In this document: piece by piece, positions 1 to 7,274 of the stretch
How the letters are laid out: each line of letters opens with the position of its first letter
Numbering within the stretch: the first letter of the stretch is position 1
Source of the DNA: Promethearchaeota archaeon
GTDB lineage: Archaea; Asgardarchaeota; Lokiarchaeia; Sigyniarchaeales; SOKP01
NCBI GenBank assembly: GCA_048938445.1
Contig: JBHLME010000110.1
Span: 1-14,912 of the forward strand
Direction of reading: 5' to 3'
Length of the DNA stretch: 14,912 nucleotides
Program-made: the position numbers and the translations under genes
Notes under the pieces: generated by a model
Told to the model about the DNA's origin: nothing
Databases searched by the model: none
Seen by the model: only the letters and a program-made list of their open reading frames with translations

Positions 1-303
1 ATAGAGGTTTCTCGCGAAATTTAATATATAATATATCCCCTAAAATTTCCTATTAATTTTGGAAAAATGGTAAGTAACTAAATTTAATCCATTATTTCCG
101 GGACGCCTCTTTCTCTTTTTCTTACTATCTTAATAATTTTATAATATTACAATAGATAATTTAAATTTTAAATGGAATTATAAAATAAATCATTTTTTTT
201 TACTTGTGAGTAAAATAGCAAGTTCTTAATATGTTCTATTTATAAAAAATCAAATTTTATTAATCATATGTCTTAGAGTATAGTTTAAAATGAATGATAT
301 ATA

Positions 304-939
304 ATGAACTTAGAAAAATTAACCGAGCTTATTGTTGAACTAGAGTTAGATCTAATTCAAGATGCTGTTCGAGAAGCACTTGAACAAAATAAAAACGAAC
401 CACTTGAAATTTTAAACGCCCTAACAAGAGGAATGGATAAGGTTGGAAGTTTATATGAAGAAAAAGAATATTATTTAACAGAATTAGTACTTGCAGGAGA
501 AGCAATGAAAGAGGCTCTTAAGATCCTACAACCTGCTTTACTTTCAAGAGGTAATACAGGAGAAAAAACTAAGGTTGTAATAGCAACTGTTAAAGGCGAC
601 AATCATGATATTGGAAAAAATATTTTATCCTCACTTTTATTGAGTTCTGGATTTGAAATACATGATTTAGGTATGGATGTATCAGCAGAGAAAATTGCTA
701 TGACAGTAAAAGAGACGGGCGCAAAGATCGTAGCATTAAGCACGCTCCTTACATCGACCGTCGAGCAAGTAAAAGTCGTTCATGATACTTTGAAAAAAGA
801 AAATTTAAGAGATGATGTGAAATTAATTGTTGGAGGTGCTGCTTTAACAAAGGATATTGCTAAAAAATTAGGAGCCGATGATTTTGCATCAGATGCCGTT
901 GAAGGTGTAAAAAATATCAAAAAATTAGCTAGAATGTAA
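304..939 (+). CDS. Corrinoid (cobalamin-binding) methyltransferase cognate protein, MtbC/MttC/MtaC-like
   Basis: N-terminal B12 cap helices (ALTRGMDKVGSLYEEKEYYLTELVLAGEAM), then the base-off/His-on motif GDNHDIGKN (DxHxxG), LSTLLT (SxL) and IVGGA (GG) of the Rossmann B12-binding domain; 211 aa. Confidence 0.93.
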   Translation: MNLEKLTELIVELELDLIQDAVREALEQNKNEPLEILNALTRGMDKVGSLYEEKEYYLTELVLAGEAMKEALKILQPALLSRGNTGEKTKVVIATVKGDNHDIGKNILSSLLLSSGFEIHDLGMDVSAEKIAMTVKETGAKIVALSTLLTSTVEQVKVVHDTLKKENLRDDVKLIVGGAALTKDIAKKLGADDFASDAVEGVKNIKKLARM

Positions 940-989
940 TATATCTTTTATGAAATTAATATCATAAATCTTATTACTACTATAATCAA

Positions 990-1409
990 TTAAATTTCTT
1001 TTTCATTTACTTTTTTTGATATGTTCTTAAATTGAATTTCCAATAAATTTGCGCCTTTTTTTTCCATGAGGTTTTGAACAAATTTTTCAGTTTCTCCATA
1101 ATCTTGAGTGAAAGTAAAATATGTTTTAATGGATTTATTATTCAAATCTAATGTTTCCATTAATATTTTAATTGCTGCAGCGGGTTTCCCCGCCCAAATT
1201 GGACCACAAATTATAATATCATTATATTTTGAAATATTTAACTTTTTAGCTTGTTTTTTTAACTTTTTATGACGCAAAAAGAATTGAAAGCATCGTAAAA
1301 GGTTTCCAGGAGCAAATTCTATAAGATCACAATTCTTTTCACGTGATATATTTTCAGCAATTTCCTTATTGTGTCCTAACAAGGAATAATATATAACGAT
1401 TTCATTCAT
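990..1409 (-). CDS. Short flavodoxin-like protein
   Basis: IVIYYSLLGHNKEIAE resembles the flavodoxin YxSxTGNT loop; YNDIIICGPIWAGKPA resembles the GxPxW loop. Start placed at the second Met (1409) because the fold begins there; the ORF track start at 1421 is an alternative. Confidence 0.7.
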   Translation of the reverse strand: MNEIVIYYSLLGHNKEIAENISREKNCDLIEFAPGNLLRCFQFFLRHKKLKKQAKKLNISKYNDIIICGPIWAGKPAAAIKILMETLDLNNKSIKTYFTFTQDYGETEKFVQNLMEKKGANLLEIQFKNISKKVNEKEI

Positions 1410-1523
1410 TATAATTACCATATCCTTTTGATAATACTATTTATTCAATTTGAAAATAAAACTTTTACCACATGAAGAGAATTTAATTGAATATCGGATA
1501 AGTTTTAGGAGAAAAATTTTATA

Positions 1524-2435
1524 ATGGAATTTTTAATAATAACATCAACGGAAGACTTAGCTTCAATGAACATTCGTGAGAACTTAATCAATTCCAATCA
1601 ATTTCATTTTAAGCAAGAAAATCTAAAATGGCATGATAATTTCTTATTCATTCTTGAAGATATTAATTTAAGAGTCGATAAATTTACATTTTTAAAAGAA
1701 CATCAAATATATCTTGGATTAACGGACATTCCTCTAATTCATTTAAATGATTTAAAGCTAAAGAATTCTAACATTGATCCTGATTTATTGGTCTTTGCTA
1801 GCCGTCATCGGTCTGAAACTGCTCTTAAAGCATTTTTAACACATTTAACAGGTAATTGGTCCGACAAAGCAGATTTTGGAGGGAATCCCACACAGTTATC
1901 AATAGCAAGTGCTCTATTATTTAAAGCTGGTTTTCATTCCTTGAAAAGTCAATTAGATCTTCCTCAATTTAGTGAATTTTCAGATTTTTCTTTGGATGTG
2001 GAGGTTACACATCATGGTCCAACTACATTAGAGAAGCCACTATTATTCATTGAGTTAGGTAGTAGTGAAAATGAATGGAAATTAAAAAATGCGGGAGAAC
2101 TTGTAGCAAATGCTATCATAAATACAATTTTAGAATATCTTAAAATGAAAGATGATCCAGAAATAGAAATTGGAATTGGATTTGGGGGAACTCATTATGC
2201 ACCTCAATTTAGAAAATTAATCGATGAAAAAAAAATTGCTATTTCTTTCATTTGTCCCAAGTATTATATCCAAGAATTAAATGAGGAAATGATAGCTCAA
2301 ATGATATCCAACACGTTCGAGAAGGTAGACTATTTTATAATTGATTGGAAAGGGACAAATAGTCAAGATAAACAACATTTATTTAGAATATTAGAACAAT
2401 TTGAAAAACCTATTAGAAAAACGAAAGATTTCTGA
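1524..2435 (+). CDS. dtdA: D-aminoacyl-tRNA deacylase, archaeal/plant DTD2 type
   Basis: Family motifs DLASMNI, FASRHRS, THLTGN, EVTHHGPT, FIELGSSE and GFGGTHYAPQF; AGGAG at 1507-1511 upstream. Confidence 0.93.
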   Translation: MEFLIITSTEDLASMNIRENLINSNQFHFKQENLKWHDNFLFILEDINLRVDKFTFLKEHQIYLGLTDIPLIHLNDLKLKNSNIDPDLLVFASRHRSETALKAFLTHLTGNWSDKADFGGNPTQLSIASALLFKAGFHSLKSQLDLPQFSEFSDFSLDVEVTHHGPTTLEKPLLFIELGSSENEWKLKNAGELVANAIINTILEYLKMKDDPEIEIGIGFGGTHYAPQFRKLIDEKKIAISFICPKYYIQELNEEMIAQMISNTFEKVDYFIIDWKGTNSQDKQHLFRILEQFEKPIRKTKDF

Positions 2436-2450
2436 ATAATTAAACTCAAA

Positions 2451-3314
2451 TCAAGATTCATCCCTGATTTTTTCATAATAAGTTATTAAATTTTTAAATA
2501 CATAATGAGCAGGAGAAAATCCTTGAGTTGCAGATTTTGATAGGACTTTTTGAAGAAAGTCATCATGCTTACATCCCGTGATAGTTACATTAAGCTCTCT
2601 TATATTATACATGGACCTCCAAAACTGTGTTGGCCATGAAACAAGTGCTTCTAAGGTATTAAGGAATTTACTCTTTCCTTCTTTACTTAACTCCAATTCT
2701 TTCTTAACCTTATAAATATTACCACCATCTTTTTTAGTAATATTTATTATACCATCTTTTTCAATTTGTTTCATTAAATCATGTAATTCCGTGACCTTGA
2801 TTTCATTTATATTGAGTTTTTTTAAATTACTTAATATTTCTGTATCATCAATTTCTCTGAGTTTCATCATTACGTAATTTCGAGCAATAATATTATATTT
2901 CAAAGGTACTGTTTCATGATCTAAACGATTATATTGGATCAAATTTCCTAATATTTCCTTAGCGACCATGTATTTCAGTATTAATTGATCATCTACAGAA
3001 TAATCTCTTTTTAATTGTTCAGAATCGTTAAAATAAGAGTGATATAATGTTTGTAATAAAGTTTTAATGCTATAAAATCCATCTACTAAAGATTGTTCTA
3101 CATTTTTTAACACGTTTATTCTGAATTCAATATCATCCAAGAACTTATCTTTTTCTAATTTTATCGGACGAACTAAATGAGGTTTTCCAAATTCACTAAG
3201 ATATGCATCCCATTTTGTTTTAAAGCGATAATTTTGGGATTTACCAATACTTGAGAGTTTATAAACAACCTCATATAGTTTTTCTAAGAAAATCTTTTCT
3301 GTTACGTTAGTCAT
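2451..3314 (-). CDS. Hypothetical protein, mostly alpha-helical, with a probable winged-helix subdomain
   Basis: 287-aa ORF that fills the gap, with plausible composition. The segment DDTEILSNL...VTELHDLMKQIEKDGIINITKKDGGNIYKV has the wHTH pattern (recognition helix, LxxxGxI, beta-hairpin wing). No family recognised. Confidence 0.75.
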   Translation of the reverse strand: MTNVTEKIFLEKLYEVVYKLSSIGKSQNYRFKTKWDAYLSEFGKPHLVRPIKLEKDKFLDDIEFRINVLKNVEQSLVDGFYSIKTLLQTLYHSYFNDSEQLKRDYSVDDQLILKYMVAKEILGNLIQYNRLDHETVPLKYNIIARNYVMMKLREIDDTEILSNLKKLNINEIKVTELHDLMKQIEKDGIINITKKDGGNIYKVKKELELSKEGKSKFLNTLEALVSWPTQFWRSMYNIRELNVTITGCKHDDFLQKVLSKSATQGFSPAHYVFKNLITYYEKIRDES

Positions 3315-3397
3315 TCGAAAAATTATTATACCTATTTCCTTAAATTAATATATTTTTTAAATATATTAATTTTTTGAACTTAATATAAAATAAAATA

Positions 3398-4594
3398 TTA
3401 TTCAGAAATCTCCTTTATGACTTTAATTATCCGATTAACTTGATCATCATTAATTATTAAGGGGGGTAAAAGGCGAATTACGGTTAATCCTGCATTTAAA
3501 AATAATACACCTTTCTTTACAGCTGCATCAATCCTTTCCTTTACGGGTTTTCTGAAATCAACTCCAATCATCAATCCTTTTCCACGAATACCCCTGATAT
3601 GATCATTACTTCCAGCAATCTCATTAAAACTAGAGATCAATTTATTCCCCTGTCTTTCTGCATTCTCTACAAGATGCTCCTCCCTAATGATATCGATTGT
3701 TGCACTTGCTGCAGCACATATCAGAGGATTTCCACCAAAAGTTGAATAATGTTCACCAGATTTGAGCTGGTTCCAGAGCTCTTCGGATGCTATAGTTGCC
3801 CCCATTGGAAGCCCTCCTGCAATCGCTTTTGCCATACAGATTACGTCTGGTTCTATTCCATAATGTTCACAGGCAAACATCTTACCCGTCCTTCCAAATC
3901 CCGCTTGAATCTCATCATCTATGAGAAGCAAGTTTTTTTCATTACATAATTCCCGTAATGCTTTCGGAAAATCATCAGGAGCAGGATAAACCCCTCCTTC
4001 ACCCTGGATTAATTCTGTAATGACTGCAACTGTATTATCATTAATTAATTCTCTAACAGAATCAAGATCACCATATGATGCAAATTTAACATTGGGACTT
4101 AGCCAGGGTAAGAAAGGCTTTCTATATTTCATGTTGAATGTCATAGCTAAAGAACCAATGGTCCTTCCATGAAAAGCTCTTTTAAATGCAATGATTTCAG
4201 GTTTTTTTATATCTGTTTTAGACTTTATTGCCAATTTAATTGCAGCCTCGATTGCTTCAGTTCCACTATTAGATAAAAATGATTGAGTCAAGGATTTCGG
4301 AGTTATTTCCGCCAATTTTTCCAATAAATTTGCCCTTGATTCTACGGGGTATGCTGGTGGAACCATAACAACGCTTTCAAGTTGTTTTTTTATTGCCTCG
4401 ATGAATTTTGGATGGTTATGGCCTATATTCATTACACCATGACCTGCAACACAGTCTAAATATTCATTTCCTTGAGAGTCATAAAGGAATGCTCCGTTTC
4501 CTTTCACGATGACGTGATCCCTGATGGAATAGAGGTGAGGATAATATCGTTCGTGCGTGTCGATGATCTTTTTCGGGTCAAGTTGTTTTATCAT
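3398..4594 (-). CDS. lysJ: Class III PLP aminotransferase, [LysW]-aminoadipate-semialdehyde/glutamate-semialdehyde (LysJ) or acetylornithine (ArgD) type
   Basis: YLDCVAGHGV, NSGTEAIEAAIK, FHGRTIGSL, KYRKPF, IQGEGG, DEIQAGFGRTG, PLP lysine in MAKAIAGG, STFGGNP and IRLLPPL. KYRxPF and AGxTVIRLLP resemble LysJ; ArgD cannot be excluded. Start moved to ATG 4594 (or 4600) because the longer track ORF overlaps the divergent gene. Confidence 0.85.
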   Translation of the reverse strand: MIKQLDPKKIIDTHERYYPHLYSIRDHVIVKGNGAFLYDSQGNEYLDCVAGHGVMNIGHNHPKFIEAIKKQLESVVMVPPAYPVESRANLLEKLAEITPKSLTQSFLSNSGTEAIEAAIKLAIKSKTDIKKPEIIAFKRAFHGRTIGSLAMTFNMKYRKPFLPWLSPNVKFASYGDLDSVRELINDNTVAVITELIQGEGGVYPAPDDFPKALRELCNEKNLLLIDDEIQAGFGRTGKMFACEHYGIEPDVICMAKAIAGGLPMGATIASEELWNQLKSGEHYSTFGGNPLICAAASATIDIIREEHLVENAERQGNKLISSFNEIAGSNDHIRGIRGKGLMIGVDFRKPVKERIDAAVKKGVLFLNAGLTVIRLLPPLIINDDQVNRIIKVIKEISE

Positions 4595-4684
4595 ATGCAT
4601 AATAAATGAAATACTTAAAAAAAAGGAAATGATTTTCATCCTCATGACTTCATGTATTTTGATCAGGGCACTTGATTGCCACCC

Positions 4685-4690
4685 AGGTGA
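4685..4690 (+). promoter_or_regulatory. Shine-Dalgarno site of the VOC gene
   Basis: AGGTGA ending 6 nt before ATG 4697. Confidence 0.7.
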
Positions 4691-4696
4691 GACTGC

Positions 4697-5077
4697 ATGA
4701 ACCTCGACCACATTGCTCTGGCCTATAGTTCTGAAAAAGAAAGTGACACATTTTTCATCACCCTCTTGGGATGTACGAAAACAAGATCATTTACAGTTTC
4801 ATCGGACTTGATGGAACGATTTTTTGGGATTACGAAAGAACAGGAGGTTCTGAGATATGAAAAAGATAACGTGAGTTTTGAAGTGTTTATCACGAATGAT
4901 GAGAGTCGAGCTAGAGATACATTTACACACGCATGCTTGATAATAGAAAATAGAGAAGAGTTAATAAACAATGCAAATGTAATGGGTTTTGAGACGATTA
5001 AGGTCCCTCGAAAAAATGATGATGGGCATTATTTATTTTTAAAAGATTCTTACAGAAATTTATATGAAATAAAATAA
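4697..5077 (+). CDS. VOC (glyoxalase/bleomycin resistance) family protein
   Basis: LDHIAL, FFITLLG, FEVF, HACL and LFLKDSYRNLYEIK match the paired beta-alpha-beta-beta-beta VOC pattern with H/E/H/E metal ligands; SD AGGTGA at 4685-4690. Confidence 0.85.
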   Translation: MNLDHIALAYSSEKESDTFFITLLGCTKTRSFTVSSDLMERFFGITKEQEVLRYEKDNVSFEVFITNDESRARDTFTHACLIIENREELINNANVMGFETIKVPRKNDDGHYLFLKDSYRNLYEIK

Positions 5078-5174
5078 TAGAGAATGCCACGAACTATAAT
5101 ATAAAACACAAACGTTTTTTTAGTTTAATTTTTATAATGATATAGGATCTATCCACGATTTCAAGAGAAATTTT

Positions 5175-5180
5175 GGTGAT
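5175..5180 (+). promoter_or_regulatory. Shine-Dalgarno site of the pseudo-GTPase gene
   Basis: GGTGAT ending 5 nt before in-frame ATT 5186. Confidence 0.55.
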
Positions 5181-5185
5181 ATATT

Positions 5186-5968
5186 ATTTCAAAAACATTC
5201 AAAGTAAAGGTAGTGATTGGAGGAGAGTCTAGTCTTGAAAAGAACTCGTTCTTAAATCGAACTACCTTGGTCGAGGAGGAAATTGGAGTTTCCTTCAAAT
5301 CACTTGAATGTATTGTCAATGATAAAGATTCCTATAAATTAATCATGTGGGATTTGAATCCCGCGAAAGATATTTTTGGTTTCATGTATCCTCAATTTTG
5401 TAGAGGTGCAAAAGCATGTTTTTTATTTTTTGATTTTTCAAGATATGACTCCTTTAGTGAGTTACCTTATTGGATATCACTTTTTAGAAATACTCTCGGT
5501 GAGAATATTCCCATAATTTTAATTGGCACCTTACCTGAGATAAAGGTTCAGGAAGTTTATGAGGAAGATATTGAGGACGTGATAAAACGTTATCATCTCT
5601 ATCCCAAGTATTTTAAAGTATCTAACAAGGGAAATAAAAAAAAGAAAAAAAGAACAATTTATGAAAATTTAATCAAGAATATTGATCCTAATTGTGAAAT
5701 AGAAAAATTTAAGATAATCTCTCCTCTTGAAGATCAAAAATTTATAGAGTTCTTTATAAAATTTGCACGATGTCCTATTTGTAACAGAAAAAATCACGAG
5801 AGTTACTTGGCAAAATTCTTTTATAGCCAAGAAGATGACATTAAAAATCTAAGACAATACCTATTAGACTTTTTAGATGAATCGCGGTATCACCCCGAAT
5901 CTTACAAGAAAAGAATTAAGTTGGGAATTCCTTGTTGTTCTTGTTATCGCTTAATTTTTGAAAGTTAG
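5186..5968 (+). CDS. Rab/Ras-like small GTPase domain with degenerate G motifs (pseudo-GTPase) fused to a C-terminal Cys-rich putative Zn-binding domain
   Basis: GTPase fold landmarks: TFKVKVVIGG (beta1), IGVSF, KLIMWDL, FCRGAKACFLFFDFSRYDSF, IPIILIG and YFKVS; C-terminal CPIC...GIPCCSC. Start inferred at ATT 5186 (or 5183) after SD GGTGAT 5175-5180; the track start is GTG 5213. Confidence 0.8.
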   Translation: MSKTFKVKVVIGGESSLEKNSFLNRTTLVEEEIGVSFKSLECIVNDKDSYKLIMWDLNPAKDIFGFMYPQFCRGAKACFLFFDFSRYDSFSELPYWISLFRNTLGENIPIILIGTLPEIKVQEVYEEDIEDVIKRYHLYPKYFKVSNKGNKKKKKRTIYENLIKNIDPNCEIEKFKIISPLEDQKFIEFFIKFARCPICNRKNHESYLAKFFYSQEDDIKNLRQYLLDFLDESRYHPESYKKRIKLGIPCCSCYRLIFES

Positions 5969-5981
5969 ATTGCTGTTATTC

Positions 5982-6401
5982 CTATTTTAGAATTCCAGAA
6001 GCTTTAATGATATCCAAGTGATCAAATGCTAATTCTAACTTGGAAATTTCCGATAATGGAATGATCTCGAGGCTTGCGGCATCGGTTTTTGCTTTTGGTT
6101 TGGGACTTTTTTCAACGGGTTCGCATAAGAATGCAATAGTAACAGTATGACCCCTTGGATCTCTATCAGGTTTAGAAAAAACACCAACCATCTTTTTAAT
6201 TTTCACAATCAAGCTCGTTTCTTCACTGGCTTCTCTCAAACAGGCATCTTCAACGGTTTCACCAATATCTACAAATCCACCAGGAAGTGCTAATTGTCCT
6301 TGGAATGGAGGATTTTTCCGGCGAATGAGCACTAGCTTTTTACCCTTGTCATATAAAATTAGAGCATCGACCGTTAATAATGGTGTTTCAGGTTTGGGCA
6401 T
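5982..6401 (-). CDS. Nudix hydrolase, ADP-ribose pyrophosphatase-like
   Basis: Nudix box GGFVDIGETVEDACLREASEETSL plus RDPRGHTVT and LAFDH motifs typical of the archaeal ADP-ribose pyrophosphatase-like subgroup. Confidence 0.92.
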   Translation of the reverse strand: MPKPETPLLTVDALILYDKGKKLVLIRRKNPPFQGQLALPGGFVDIGETVEDACLREASEETSLIVKIKKMVGVFSKPDRDPRGHTVTIAFLCEPVEKSPKPKAKTDAASLEIIPLSEISKLELAFDHLDIIKASGILK

Positions 6402-6457
6402 TTTTTATATAAAGAAGTATTTAATAATAAGAAGAATACACATCTATATAAATGATA

Positions 6458-7270
6458 CTAATCATCCCACACGTCCGATTGTAACAAGTGCTCGATACGA
6501 GTCCGTCTTGGTCGAACAAATTTGGTATGCCCCTCTTTTCTTTCAAGTAAAAGGTTTTTTTGCAAGGTCATCGAATTTACCATCTGTACCTCAAGGTCTC
6601 CTTCATCAAGAATGATGTGGTTAAAGCTAGGGCTCTCATCTGCCCTTACTTTATTTGATGCTGACGTTCCGCAGTAGAGAAAAGTCGTGGGTCCAATTAC
6701 ATATGCATGTGGTATGTGTTTATGGCCCATTATGACCAAATCAATCTCAAATATTTGAGTTAATTCTATAAGTTCCCCGGCATCCACCAAGGTTGTTTGT
6801 TTACGTCCACTATAAGGGACGGCAATAGCGTGATGATGCATCGCAATGATCCGGTTTTCCAATTTACAACTAAGAAATTGACGGCCAAGCCAATCTAATT
6901 GTTCATCACCGATTTCTCCTCTACTGATATCATCTTTGGCGCTACATAATCCGACGATAATCGTGTTTTTATCATTCATAACTAAAGTTGAGCGCCTAGG
7001 TCCAATAAATTTCTCAAAAAAGATTAGCCCGTTATTTTTTGCGTCATGGTTACCAGGAATTGCAATGAATTTAGGTGAAACTTCCTTCAATCTTTCTAGA
7101 TAAGGAAGAAATTTTTGATATTGCTTAAATCGTCCTTTATGGACAATGTCTCCTGACAGCACGACGGCATCTGGTGTATTATCTTTTATATATTGGACAA
7201 CATTATCAAAATAATCATCACTAAATTCAGAACCGAAGTGCATGTCGCTAATTTGAATAATATTTACCAT
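6458..7270 (-). CDS. Calcineurin-like metallophosphoesterase, Icc/CpdA-like
   Basis: All five metal-binding motifs: SDMH, SGDIV, PGNHD, MHHH and MGHKH. Confidence 0.92.
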   Translation of the reverse strand: MVNIIQISDMHFGSEFSDDYFDNVVQYIKDNTPDAVVLSGDIVHKGRFKQYQKFLPYLERLKEVSPKFIAIPGNHDAKNNGLIFFEKFIGPRRSTLVMNDKNTIIVGLCSAKDDISRGEIGDEQLDWLGRQFLSCKLENRIIAMHHHAIAVPYSGRKQTTLVDAGELIELTQIFEIDLVIMGHKHIPHAYVIGPTTFLYCGTSASNKVRADESPSFNHIILDEGDLEVQMVNSMTLQKNLLLERKEGHTKFVRPRRTRIEHLLQSDVWDD

Positions 7271-7274
7271 TGGA

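Noticed and set aside
3749-3949. 66-aa + strand ORF
   Set aside because: Antisense shadow inside the aminotransferase; no motifs.
4595-4711. 39-residue N-terminal extension of the aminotransferase in the ORF track
   Set aside because: It overlaps the start and SD of the divergent VOC gene and has no class III aminotransferase character; ATG 4594/4600 gives the normal length of about 400 aa.
4723-4971. 82-aa - strand ORF
   Set aside because: Antisense shadow inside the VOC gene.
5138-5179. Selenocysteine read-through of in-frame TGA 5177 upstream of the pseudo-GTPase
   Set aside because: Reading through gives only 12 more codons to another TGA (5138) with no start codon; the TGA is part of the GGTGAT SD, and I saw no SECIS-like hairpin.
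6325-6615. 96-aa + strand ORF
   Set aside because: Antisense to both the Nudix and phosphoesterase genes and crosses their AT-rich spacer; no recognisable features.
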